Source: an uncultured Desulfobacteraceae bacterium
Lineage (GTDB): Bacteria > Desulfobacterota > Desulfobacteria > Desulfobacterales > Desulfatirhabdiaceae
Length of the DNA: 64,000 bases
Direction of reading: 5' to 3'
Assembly: GCA_903953895.1 (NCBI GenBank)
Contig: CAJBLH010000162.1
Location: 939-64,938, forward strand
Shown here: positions 18,173 through 27,340 of the stretch, piece by piece
Numbering within the stretch: the stretch's first letter is position 1
Layout of the letters: each line of letters opens with the position of its first letter
Notes under the pieces: generated by a model
Databases searched by the model: none
The model's input: only the letters and a program-made list of their open reading frames with translations
Told to the model about the DNA's origin: nothing
Program-made: the position numbers and the translations under genes

Positions 18173-20236
18173 TCAGCCCTCCATGAGCCTGGCGGCCGGA
18201 AAACGGAGCCGGAATACGGCGCCTCTCCCTTCCTGACTGTCAAGTGCGATTTCACCGCCATAGTCCTTGACAATCCCATAGGTAATGGCCAGTCCAAGCC
18301 CCATGTCTATGCTGCTCTCCTTGGTGCTGAAAAAAGGTTCGAAAATCTTATCCCGCACGCCATCGGCAATACCGATCCCGTCATCTTCAACTTCAGCCAC
18401 AACCCAATCGCCATCCTGCCGGGTGCGGACAATAATCTTTCCGGCGCCCGAATCGGAAATCCGCTCTTTTTTTTCAGCAATGGCGTCTCTGGCATTGGTG
18501 ACCAGATTGAAAAAAACCTGCTGAAGCCGGTTGTCATGGGCCATGATCGGGGCAATGGCGCTGGCCAGATGCATATCTATGCGGATATTATCCAGTTCGA
18601 ACTGCCGGACCACCAGCGTGAAAACCGCCTGGATGGGCTTGTTGATATCCAGCCTCTCCATGACGAGTTCTGCTTTGCGGCCAAACGCACGCAGGGTGTT
18701 GATGATTTCGGCGGACCGGTCCACCTGGGTACTCATTTCCGTGACCACTTCCCGAAGATGCTCCGGTGGAATTTCCCGACCCTGCTCCACCATCATATCC
18801 AGAAAATCACTCCCCATCTTGATGGCGTTCAGCGGCTGATTCAGTTCGTGGGCGATTCCGGCGGACATTTCCCCCAGAGATTTCATTTTGCTGGCTTGAA
18901 TGAGCTGTGCATCTTTTTCTATCATTTCTGTAATGTCGGTGGAAGCCACCACAATGGCGGGCAGTCCTTTATACGTGATGTTGCAGGCATGCATATTCAC
19001 ATAGAGCGGTTTATGTCCTTTTTTATAATGAAGTGCTTTGGGAAAATTGACCAGGCCATCGGCATCGGTTTTGTCCTGAAGAGACTGAAAGAACTCGGGC
19101 GTGTACTCCGGGCTCATTTCCTTGAAGGATTTGCCGATCAATTCGTCCTTGTTGTAGCCATAAACTTCTTCTGCCCTAGGGTTGGCGTCGATGATTTCAA
19201 ACGTGCGGTAACTCACGACAAAAATGGGGTCTGGTCCGCTGTTAAAGAGTGATCGGTATTTTTTCTCCGATTCCCGGAGCCTCCGGCGATAGAGGCGGAT
19301 ACTCCAGATCATATTGTAAAAGGAGTTGGCGAGCTGTACGACTTCATCACCTTTGTGTCCGCGATAAAAACGGCAGTCCTTGCAGATGGCCGGGCTGCCT
19401 GTGCCGTCGTCGTCGGTGAGGGCCATGCCATCCAGATGCCAGCAGGGTAGATCCGTGTTGACAAACGCAGGGCATTCTGGCGGTTGATCTCCATCGGTGA
19501 AGAATTCTGTTTCCAGTTTCACATCAAAATTGCCCTTGCTGAGTTCATCCGATATCTGGGTGAGTTTGGATATGGGCAGGGTGATATACTTGGCCAACCA
19601 ATGGCTGATCACAAAGATGATCACGATGACAATCGAAATGAAGCTTAAAAACGTGAAGCGCAACTTGGCCACCAATTGATCGATGTGATTCTTGTTCAGC
19701 CCCACATGCACAGTGCCGATGCGATAGATACCCTGGGCAATTGGAATAGCGATGTCGTAGGACATCTGATTGCCGAACTGGCACAGCCGGACGCTTTTGG
19801 GTTCGACGGCCGGCACCCGATTGGCCAGGCGCAGGGATTCCGGAAACCGGCGGGTAAGCGTGTGGCTGAGGATCTGATCATCGCGGTCGCTGACAAAGAT
19901 ATAGGAAACCAGGTTCTGACGTTCCTTAAGTTTGGCCTCGTCAAAAATCAGGCTGAGCAGCTCGGGATAATTCTTGTCCAGTATAAACCCGCTGCTGCGC
20001 TCGGAAATGGTTCGAGCAATAGCGATCCCGCGCAGCTCCAGCTCGGAAATCAGGGTGGATACCAGAATCCAGCGGGCCAGAAAGGCAATGATGGCGCTGA
20101 TAATCAGTATGACTGCCAGAATGGAGAAAAATATCTTGTTTTTAAGGCTGATATCCCGAAAGCGCTTTAACGCTCCCTGGATAAAGCTCTGCCGGACGGC
20201 CGGCTCAGTGGGATGCAGCATGCTGGGATTTGACAT
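18173..20236 (-). CDS. sensor histidine kinase: 2 TM with periplasmic loop, HAMP with 4-Cys insertion, PAS, HisKA, HATPase
   Basis: H-box AGIAHELNQPL and G-box DMGLGLAITYGIV. The Cys motif is CPAFVNTDLPCWHLDG...AICKDCRFY (aa 255-288). Confidence 0.9.
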   Translation of the reverse strand: MSNPSMLHPTEPAVRQSFIQGALKRFRDISLKNKIFFSILAVILIISAIIAFLARWILVSTLISELELRGIAIARTISERSSGFILDKNYPELLSLIFDEAKLKERQNLVSYIFVSDRDDQILSHTLTRRFPESLRLANRVPAVEPKSVRLCQFGNQMSYDIAIPIAQGIYRIGTVHVGLNKNHIDQLVAKLRFTFLSFISIVIVIIFVISHWLAKYITLPISKLTQISDELSKGNFDVKLETEFFTDGDQPPECPAFVNTDLPCWHLDGMALTDDDGTGSPAICKDCRFYRGHKGDEVVQLANSFYNMIWSIRLYRRRLRESEKKYRSLFNSGPDPIFVVSYRTFEIIDANPRAEEVYGYNKDELIGKSFKEMSPEYTPEFFQSLQDKTDADGLVNFPKALHYKKGHKPLYVNMHACNITYKGLPAIVVASTDITEMIEKDAQLIQASKMKSLGEMSAGIAHELNQPLNAIKMGSDFLDMMVEQGREIPPEHLREVVTEMSTQVDRSAEIINTLRAFGRKAELVMERLDINKPIQAVFTLVVRQFELDNIRIDMHLASAIAPIMAHDNRLQQVFFNLVTNARDAIAEKKERISDSGAGKIIVRTRQDGDWVVAEVEDDGIGIADGVRDKIFEPFFSTKESSIDMGLGLAITYGIVKDYGGEIALDSQEGRGAVFRLRFPAARLMEG

Positions 20237-21614
20237 CTATCCAATCCTTGATCAGAGAGAATTGACCGTTTTCCAGCCGGGTGAAATAGACGCGATCCAG
20301 GCCCTGGTGATCGGTGGGGCTGAAGGAGATGTTGATATCCAGCCCAGGCGATAAATCGTGAATCGACTCGATGGCCTGAATGAATCCGTCCCGGGTCAGA
20401 TCGCTGCCTGCCCGCTGCAGTCCTTCAACCAGAACCCGGGCATTGATGAATCCCTCCAAGCCTACAAAACTGGGTCGGTCTTCGGGGTAATAGCGCTTTA
20501 AAAGCGTCAGGTAGCCGGCCTCTCCGGTAAGCAGGGGACTGGCATCCTGTCGATCCGGATCCGGCGGTGGAACCACCTGAGATACGATGACCGCAAGTCT
20601 CTGATAGTTCTCCAGCCTGCGGGCCAGCTCGTCGGCGCCGACAAAGGAAACCAGGTAGAAAACCGGGCGAAAGCCTTTATCGTCGGACATCTTGATGAAC
20701 GCGGCGCAAGGGTCATAGGTGCCGATCATCACCACGGCCTCGGCGCCGGAGTCGATAATTTTGGCCAGCCCCTCTTGCACGTCCAGAGTTCCGCGGTTGT
20801 AAGAGCCGCTGGCAACCGGAGCCAGACCGAATTCTTTCAGAGCCAGCTCGGTTCCGGTAAGGCCGTCGAACCCGTAGGCGTCGTACTGGTAAAAAATGGC
20901 GATCTTCTTCAATCCCAGGTCCGTCACCAGGTGCTGAACAGCCACCTTGGTTTCCTGGTAATAGGAAGCCCGAACATTGATCAGCCATCGATTGAATGGA
21001 TCTCTTAAGGCATTGGCGCCGGTGAACATGCCCAGCAGCGGAATCTGGGCTTCTTCGACCAGCGGAAGAATTCGAACCGTTGTCGGGGTACCGACATAGC
21101 AGAAAAGTGCAAAAACCTGATCATCGATAATGAGGCGCTGGGTGTTTGTCAGACACATGAGTGGATCATAGCTGTCATCATGAGCGATGACCTCGATCGT
21201 TCGCCCGTGAACGCCTCCCAGAGAATTGACGTGATTCAGATAGCACATGGCGCCGCGCAGGGTTTGACTTCCTAGAAAACTGGCATGGCCTTTCAGCGCC
21301 AGGGAAGATCCGAGAAGTATCTTCGCGTCTGTTACGCCCTGGGTGCTTGTCTGCGGAACCAAAGTATCCGTGGAGGAGTTGCAGCTCGCCAGAAAAAAGA
21401 GCAGGCAGCAAATGACGACAAGACTTACAGTATTCGGACGATCACACGCCGTCCAGTATGCCCCAAAAAACAGGCGCAAACGCAGGGGCAACACTTGCCC
21501 GATAAAAAGCGTCACACATCTTCGCAATCGGGTAGATGTTTCGTAACGGATCTGTTCGGCCGGCAGGCGCGATGAAGACCGGGAGAAACCAGGCGGGGGG
21601 TCAAAAGCATTCAT
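20205..21614 (-). CDS. type-I periplasmic binding protein (Leu/Ile/Val-binding-protein fold), probable lipoprotein; start uncertain
   Basis: LivK-like fold motifs and the lipobox LLFFLASC. The track start at 21686 is the TTG of a TTGACA -35 box, so the first in-frame ATG (21614) is used here. In-frame GTG/TTG codons nearer the signal peptide are also possible starts. Confidence 0.75.
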   Translation of the reverse strand: MNAFDPPPGFSRSSSRLPAEQIRYETSTRLRRCVTLFIGQVLPLRLRLFFGAYWTACDRPNTVSLVVICCLLFFLASCNSSTDTLVPQTSTQGVTDAKILLGSSLALKGHASFLGSQTLRGAMCYLNHVNSLGGVHGRTIEVIAHDDSYDPLMCLTNTQRLIIDDQVFALFCYVGTPTTVRILPLVEEAQIPLLGMFTGANALRDPFNRWLINVRASYYQETKVAVQHLVTDLGLKKIAIFYQYDAYGFDGLTGTELALKEFGLAPVASGSYNRGTLDVQEGLAKIIDSGAEAVVMIGTYDPCAAFIKMSDDKGFRPVFYLVSFVGADELARRLENYQRLAVIVSQVVPPPDPDRQDASPLLTGEAGYLTLLKRYYPEDRPSFVGLEGFINARVLVEGLQRAGSDLTRDGFIQAIESIHDLSPGLDINISFSPTDHQGLDRVYFTRLENGQFSLIKDWIDVKSQHAASH

Positions 21615-21657
21615 TTTGGCCGCATCCACAGATAGGAACTTGTTTATGGTTGAGCCG

Positions 21658-21686
21658 AGTATATGAAGACCGCCTCGGTGTGTCAA
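21658..21686 (-). promoter_or_regulatory. candidate sigma70 promoter TTGACA-N17-TATACT for the binding-protein/kinase/REC-STAS operon
   Basis: The minus strand reads cTTGACAcaccgaggcggtcttcaTATACTcgg, with a spacer of exactly 17 nt. Confidence 0.45.
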
Positions 21687-21756
21687 GTTTTTTAATATTT
21701 ACCCAGTGCTGACGCATCAGATACGATTGAGCACCTCAAGTCGGGAGCATAGTGAA

Positions 21757-21786
21757 GGTTCCCCAGGCTGGAGATTGGGAACCAGC
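21757..21786. repeat. degenerate copy of palindromic REP-like motif ggttccc..gctggag..gggaaccagc
   Basis: ggttccccaggctggagattgggaaccagc is closely similar to the perfect palindrome at 53934-53969. Confidence 0.4.
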
Positions 21787-21963
21787 AGGGCGAATAAATC
21801 AATTTTGAAGAAAAAAATGAGCGAAATAAAAGGCATAATTTTGAAAATAATAATTTTGCATTAAGGGATAGCTGCGTCTTTAAGAGCTTCTTCGGACGTG
21901 ATTGAGAAGTTATTTCTATCATCATAGTAAAATCCCGAATCGATTTGATATTACTCGGACTTA

Positions 21964-22290
21964 TTAAGAAGTTACATCAATCAGAGATAACAATTTGATT
22001 TTATATGTTTTGATCTGGTCTGTGAAATTCTTTCCTAATGAAAAACGCAGCAGAATCCGTTTGGTTCTGCTGGTGTGGCCACCAAGGATTTCCAGCGAGG
22101 ACCGTGGCAGTTTCAGACATTCGGATAAAAAATGGATACACATCCGGTTGGCGGCATCATCGACCGGCGGGGCTTGAATCGCAATCTTCAAGGCATTTCC
22201 GTGGAGTCCGATGATCTTGTTTCGGGAAGATCGTGGCTGAACATAAATACTGAGAATGATGCCCTGGGACGTTTCCTGAAAAAAATGCAT
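21964..22290 (-). CDS. DUF167 (YggU) family protein
   Basis: The segments ILSIYVQPRSSRNKIIGLHGNALKIAIQAPPVDDAAN...LEILGGHTSRTKRILL match the YggU pattern. Confidence 0.75.
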   Translation of the reverse strand: MHFFQETSQGIILSIYVQPRSSRNKIIGLHGNALKIAIQAPPVDDAANRMCIHFLSECLKLPRSSLEILGGHTSRTKRILLRFSLGKNFTDQIKTYKIKLLSLIDVTS

Positions 22291-22312
22291 GGGTTTTGGA
22301 TCGGAGATAAAA

Positions 22313-22729
22313 TTATCCGGTAAAAACAGAATGTTTATGTATCAGTTGTGTAAAAAAATCCGGGGGACGAACCACTTTGCCGTCTTTATCCACAAAGGCA
22401 TGCCGCGTATAACCTCTGGCCAGCGGGCGAATCCCGCTTTCATCGAAAGCGGTATAATCGAATTTGATCCCACCGCGAATGCTGCTGTCGAGCGATGTCT
22501 CTATGATCAGCAGATCATCATACTGAACCGGATGAATGAATTTACAGTGCAGTTCGGATACGGGAAGAAAAAAACCACGGGATTCGATTTCCTTGTAAGG
22601 TAGACCGAGGAAACGAAACATTTCCGCACGAGCTGTTTCAAACCAGCGGAAATAATTGGCGTGATAGCCAAATCCCATTTTATCGGTGTCTCCGTAAATA
22701 ACGCGGTAGGGCGTGCGATGGGTTAACAT
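22313..22729 (-). CDS. acyl-CoA thioesterase, YbgC/4HBT family
   Basis: YRVIYGDTDKMGFGYHANYFRWFETARAEMFRFLG is the hotdog thioesterase signature. Confidence 0.8.
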   Translation of the reverse strand: MLTHRTPYRVIYGDTDKMGFGYHANYFRWFETARAEMFRFLGLPYKEIESRGFFLPVSELHCKFIHPVQYDDLLIIETSLDSSIRGGIKFDYTAFDESGIRPLARGYTRHAFVDKDGKVVRPPDFFTQLIHKHSVFTG

Positions 22730-22748
22730 CTGCTCCTCTGTCTTTTTA

Positions 22749-22856
22749 ATACAGCTTTCACGATAAAGATTTTGAGTGCGTTATCGGTCGGGGATGACCG
22801 AAAAAGGTCTATCCCCTCTCTGCTGCCTTCCCCAAACCATTATCTTGAAAGCTATA
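22749..22856 (-). mobile_element. MITE-like ~108-bp interspersed element, copy B (inverted relative to copy A)
   Basis: Its reverse complement aligns with 12968-13076 over the full length, with about 93/110 positions identical by hand. It abuts the thrH stop codon. Confidence 0.6.
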
Positions 22857-22857
22857 T

Positions 22858-23463
22858 CTATGTGTTGATGATGGTCTGAATTAATATTTTCAAGGGGCCG
22901 TAGTCATGGGTTACCGGAAATTCGGGAAATTCTCGGATGACGTTATTGGGCGGCCTGAACAAAATCCCCTTGTCTGCGGCTTTCAGCATGGCAATGTCGT
23001 TATAGGAATCGCCCATGCCGATAATCTGATAATTCAGGCTTTTGAGGGCCAGAGTGGTTTTTTCTTTGGCCTGTTGCTGACGCAGATCGTAACTGACAAT
23101 CAACCCGTTGGCATCCGTTGTAAGAGAATGACAAAAAAGTGTTGGCCAGCCCAGTTTTTTCATCATGGGGCCGGCAAATTCCTTGAACGTATCGGACACC
23201 ACGATCACCTGCGTGATGGACCGAAGCCAGTCCAGGAATTCCAGAGCGCCCTCGAGCGGGTTCATGGTGCCGATGACCGCCTGAATATCCGACAGTTTCA
23301 GGTCGTTTTCCTTGAGTATTTGCAGACGTCTTTTCATCAGGACATCATAATCGGAAATATCGCGGGTCGTCAGCCGAAGTTCGGCAATTCCGGTTTTTTC
23401 CGCAACATTAATCCATATCTCGGGGATAAAAACACCTTCCAGGTCTGAACATACGATATACAT
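22858..23463 (-). CDS. thrH: bifunctional phosphoserine phosphatase / homoserine phosphotransferase ThrH (HAD family)
   Basis: CSDLEGVFIPEIWINVAEKTGI...TTRDISDYDVLMKRRLQIL...GDSYNDIAMLKAAD...NVIREFPEFP closely parallels Pseudomonas ThrH. Confidence 0.85.
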   Translation of the reverse strand: MYIVCSDLEGVFIPEIWINVAEKTGIAELRLTTRDISDYDVLMKRRLQILKENDLKLSDIQAVIGTMNPLEGALEFLDWLRSITQVIVVSDTFKEFAGPMMKKLGWPTLFCHSLTTDANGLIVSYDLRQQQAKEKTTLALKSLNYQIIGMGDSYNDIAMLKAADKGILFRPPNNVIREFPEFPVTHDYGPLKILIQTIINT

Positions 23464-23505
23464 AATGCCTCACAATGGGTAGTTCTTTGAGCGGTTAGCG
23501 AGAGT

Positions 23506-24822
23506 TTAGTCGGAGCCGTTGGAATCTTCCACACGGATCAGTGCCGGCTTATCGCTGACGACCTCGAGCTGAACAATTTCTGAAAGAGCAAGCTGGACGT
23601 TGGATTCTTTAGCCAGGTGCGTCATCATGACCAGCGGAACCGAACCGCCGGATTTTCGGCCTTTTTGGTGTACAGATTTCAGACTGATGCCGTGGGTTCC
23701 CAAAATTCCAGATATTTTCGACAGAACGCCCGGCTGATCGAGGGCGGCAAATCGAAAATAATAATGAGAGATGATGTCGTCAACTGGCATCACCGGAATC
23801 CGGTGAATATGACTCTTCTGATAGGAAAGCAGCGGCACTCTGCCGACAGAACCGGTCAGCAGGTTTCTGGCGATATCCACCACGTCGCTGACAACGGCGG
23901 TGGCTGTCGGCATCATGCCGGCGCCTTTGCCGTAGAGAAGAATATCTCCAGCGGCGTCGCCGGTGATGGTGATGGCGTTCAGTGATCCATTGACGCTGGA
24001 TAGAATATTGTCGAAGGGAATCATCGTCGGATGCACACGGGCTTCAACGGAATCACCTCTATTTTTGCTGATAGCCAGCAGTTTGATTTTATAGCCGAAC
24101 TGACCGGCGAATTCAATATCCAGAGGTGTGATTTTGGATATTCCCTCTACATAAATATCGTCGAGGCACAAATCGGCCCCATAAGCCAGAGATGTTAAAA
24201 TCGCCAGTTTGTGGGCCGTATCGAACCCTTCGATATCCAGAGTGGGGTCCGCTTCCGCAAATCCGTTGCTCTGAGCTTTTGCCAGGGCGGTTTTAAATGT
24301 ATCACCGTCATCGGTGATTTTGGATAGAATATAGTTGCAGGTGCCGTTCAAAATACCGGACATGGCCAGTATCTGGTTTCCGACCAGCGATTCCCGAAGC
24401 GTTTTGATCACCGGCATGCATCCGCCGACGCTGGCTTCGAAAGCAAGCTCGACCCCCTTGTCGGCGGCGATTCGAAAGAGGCTGTTGCCATCACCAGCCA
24501 GCAGTGCCTTGTTGGCGGTGACCACCTGTTTGCCATGAGAGATAGCTTTCAATATCAATTCCTTGGCAATGCCGGTTCCGCCAATGGTTTCTATGACGAT
24601 ATCAATATCCGGATCCGTGACAATGGATTCCGCATTTGTCGTCAACATCTCTTTTTCAAACAAAATGCCCCGATCTCTGTCAAAATCGATATCGGCGATA
24701 CGTTTCAGATTGAGGGTGGCTCCCACGCGGGAACGGATGAGTTCCTGATTCTGGATCAGGATTCGGGCAACCCCTGTTCCAACTGTGCCGCAACCCAGAA
24801 GCCCAATATGAATGGTTTTCAT
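23506..24822 (-). CDS. hom: homoserine dehydrogenase with C-terminal ACT domain
   Basis: MKTIHIGLLGCGTVGTGV NAD-binding site. The start is set at Met45 of the track ORF, 1 nt after the aminotransferase stop. Confidence 0.9.
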   Translation of the reverse strand: MKTIHIGLLGCGTVGTGVARILIQNQELIRSRVGATLNLKRIADIDFDRDRGILFEKEMLTTNAESIVTDPDIDIVIETIGGTGIAKELILKAISHGKQVVTANKALLAGDGNSLFRIAADKGVELAFEASVGGCMPVIKTLRESLVGNQILAMSGILNGTCNYILSKITDDGDTFKTALAKAQSNGFAEADPTLDIEGFDTAHKLAILTSLAYGADLCLDDIYVEGISKITPLDIEFAGQFGYKIKLLAISKNRGDSVEARVHPTMIPFDNILSSVNGSLNAITITGDAAGDILLYGKGAGMMPTATAVVSDVVDIARNLLTGSVGRVPLLSYQKSHIHRIPVMPVDDIISHYYFRFAALDQPGVLSKISGILGTHGISLKSVHQKGRKSGGSVPLVMMTHLAKESNVQLALSEIVQLEVVSDKPALIRVEDSNGSD

Positions 24823-24823
24823 G

Positions 24824-25990
24824 TTACATGACCTTTCGAATGCCCCGGACGGCCTGATTGATCCGCATGGGATTTTCAATAAGGGCGAATCGGACGTATT
24901 CATCGCCGTATTCGCCGAAGCCGAGGCCGGGAGATACCGCCACCTGGGCTTCATTGATCAAAAATTTTGCAAATTCCACGGATCCCATTTTGACAAATCT
25001 GTCGGGAATCTTGGCCCACACGAACATGGTTCCTTTGGGGCTGTTGATCTCCCAGCCGGCCCGGTTCAGGCCGGAGATCAGGGCATCCCTTCTTTCCATA
25101 TATGTGTTCCGTATTTCTTGAACGCATTCTTGCGGGCCGTTCAAGGCGATGATGGATGCAATCTGAATGGGTTGGAACACCCCATAATCCAGATAGCTTT
25201 TGATGCGCTTGAGTGCTGCGACGGTTTCCGCGTTTCCCACGCAGAATCCCATGCGCCAGCCGGCCATACTGTAGCTTTTGGACAGGGAAAAGAATTCTAC
25301 CCCCACATCTTTGGCGCCTTTGGCTTGCAGAAAACTAGGCGCCTGATACCCGTCAAACGTCAGATCTGCATAGGCGAAATCATGGATGACCAGCATGTCA
25401 TGCTCTTTGGCGTAATCCACGATTTTCTGAAAAAAATTCAGATCGACGACTTCCGTGGTAGGGTTGTGGGGATAGGAAATGATAAGCACTTTTGGCCGCG
25501 GCCAGGTTTGCTTGGTGGCGTTGATCAGATTCTCGAAAAAATCACAGTTCGGCCCCACGGGAATTCCCCGTACATCGCCGCCGGCAATGATGGCCGAAAA
25601 GGGATGAATCGGATAGGTGGGATTGGGGGTAAAGACCACATCGCCCGGTCGGATGGTAACCAGAACCAGGTGCGAGAGGCCTTCCTTGATACCGATGGTT
25701 ACGATAGCTTCCGAATCCGGATCGATATCCACATCAAAGCGCCGTTTGTACCACTCGGAGATAGCCAGCCTCAGCCGGGTGATTCCCATCGAAGCGGAAT
25801 AGCGGTGGTTGTGAGGTTTTTGGGCGGCTTCAATCAATTTGTCGACGATGTGTCGGGGCGTTCCCAGGTCTGGGTTGCCCATCCCCAGATCGACAATATC
25901 TTTTCCCGCATGTCTGGCTTCCATCTTGATTTTGTTGACTGTCGCGAAGACATATGGCGGCAGTCGGTCCAGTCTGGCGAATTTTGTCAC
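24824..25990 (-). CDS. class I/II PLP-dependent aminotransferase (alanine/aspartate aminotransferase-like)
   Basis: LPPYVF...GNPD N-terminus and the PLP-lysine motif [17 protein letters not shown]. Confidence 0.9.
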   Translation of the reverse strand: MTKFARLDRLPPYVFATVNKIKMEARHAGKDIVDLGMGNPDLGTPRHIVDKLIEAAQKPHNHRYSASMGITRLRLAISEWYKRRFDVDIDPDSEAIVTIGIKEGLSHLVLVTIRPGDVVFTPNPTYPIHPFSAIIAGGDVRGIPVGPNCDFFENLINATKQTWPRPKVLIISYPHNPTTEVVDLNFFQKIVDYAKEHDMLVIHDFAYADLTFDGYQAPSFLQAKGAKDVGVEFFSLSKSYSMAGWRMGFCVGNAETVAALKRIKSYLDYGVFQPIQIASIIALNGPQECVQEIRNTYMERRDALISGLNRAGWEINSPKGTMFVWAKIPDRFVKMGSVEFAKFLINEAQVAVSPGLGFGEYGDEYVRFALIENPMRINQAVRGIRKVM

Positions 25991-26122
25991 GATACACCTC
26001 TAAGGTATGCAAACCGTCCTGATTTGAAAAAAGGAAAGACATGTACAGCTTAATCCATTCTTCTTGTTGGAAAATCCAAGCTGTTTCATACAATACAACG
26101 GGCTCCATGTCAAAAAAATGTT

Positions 26123-26151
26123 TTGACTTTTGAACCAAAACTGGTTAAATA
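26123..26151 (+). promoter_or_regulatory. candidate sigma70 promoter TTGACT-N17-TAAATA upstream of purM
   Basis: TTGACT at 26123-26128 and TAAATA at 26146-26151. Confidence 0.4.
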
Positions 26152-26196
26152 TCTCGAATAATTTCAAGTTTTTCGTCCATTATCAAGGAGATAATC

Positions 26197-27240
26197 ATGG
26201 CCAATTCTCTAACCTACGCGGATGCAGGCGTAGACATTGATAGAGCTAACGATTTCATACGTACGATCAAATCCATTGCCAGCCAGACCCCCAGAACCGG
26301 TGTGATGGGGGAAATCGGTGGATTTGGCGGGCTGTTTTCGCTCAATCTGTCCAATATCGAAAGACCGGTTCTGGTCAGTTCAACAGATGGGGTGGGCACC
26401 AAGCTAAAAATTGCATTTATGATGGATAAGCATGATACGATCGGCATTGATCTCGTGGCCATGAGCGTCAATGATGTGGTGGTTCAGGGGGCAAAACCGC
26501 TTTTTTTTCTGGATTATTTGGCTTTGGGCTGCATGAGAACAGAGGTGGCCGCCGATATCATCAGGGGGATCGGTGAAGGATGCCGCCAGGCCAATTGCGC
26601 GCTGATCGGCGGAGAAACAGCGGAAATGCCGGGTATCTATCAGAACAATGAGTATGACTTGGCCGGTTTTGCCGTCGGGCTGGTGGACAACAGCCGGATC
26701 ATCGACGGCTCCGAAATCCGGGTGGGTCATAAACTGATCGGCATAGCTTCCAGTGGGCTTCACAGTAACGGCTACTCCCTGGTTCGAAAAATCTGCTTCG
26801 ATATCATGAATCTGTCGGTGGATGCTTATGTTCCCGAGTTGAGCAAAACCCTGGGTGAAGAGTTGCTGATGCCTACCCGGATATATTCTGAAATCATTTT
26901 GATGCTGATTCGGGATCTTCCTATTCACGGCCTTGCACACATTACCGGCGGCGGTATTTCAGAAAATATCATCAGAATTCTTCCCCGGTCCTGCAAGGTG
27001 CTGATCAGAAAGGGTAGCTGGGCAATCCCTCCGATATTTAAATTCCTTCAAGATGCCGGAAATGTCACGGACGCCGAGATGATGCGGACCTTCAACAACG
27101 GCATTGGAATGGTTGCAGTCGTTCCGGATCAAGCTGTTCAGGATGTGCTGCAACGATTGAACGGCACGAAAGTTCAGGCATTTTTGATAGGCGAAGTTGT
27201 TGAGAGAAAAGACTCAGAGGAAAGAATTGACTGGATATGA
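26197..27240 (+). CDS. purM: phosphoribosylformylglycinamidine cyclo-ligase (AIR synthetase)
   Basis: The motifs YADAGVDID, GGFGGLF, DGVGTKL and GGETAEMPG. Confidence 0.95.
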   Translation: MANSLTYADAGVDIDRANDFIRTIKSIASQTPRTGVMGEIGGFGGLFSLNLSNIERPVLVSSTDGVGTKLKIAFMMDKHDTIGIDLVAMSVNDVVVQGAKPLFFLDYLALGCMRTEVAADIIRGIGEGCRQANCALIGGETAEMPGIYQNNEYDLAGFAVGLVDNSRIIDGSEIRVGHKLIGIASSGLHSNGYSLVRKICFDIMNLSVDAYVPELSKTLGEELLMPTRIYSEIILMLIRDLPIHGLAHITGGGISENIIRILPRSCKVLIRKGSWAIPPIFKFLQDAGNVTDAEMMRTFNNGIGMVAVVPDQAVQDVLQRLNGTKVQAFLIGEVVERKDSEERIDWI

Positions 27241-27340
27241 CCCGGAAAAGCAATTTTTCCAGGTCATCCATAATTTCCTCTTGTCAGTACAGACTCAGGA
27301 TCCTCCTGATTGTTTCATTACGATCGACTGACGGCTTTTT

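Noticed and set aside
18098-19252. 384-aa plus-strand ORF
   Set aside because: It is antisense to the histidine kinase, whose H-, N- and G-boxes are unambiguous on the minus strand. No motifs or SD.
21692-21925. 77-aa minus-strand ORF in the AT-rich spacer
   Set aside because: It lies in an AT-rich promoter-like intergenic region and has low-complexity sequence, no SD and no family resemblance.
24812-26053. 413-aa plus-strand ORF
   Set aside because: It is antisense to the PLP aminotransferase, which carries the [12 protein letters not shown] motif on the minus strand. Shadow ORF.
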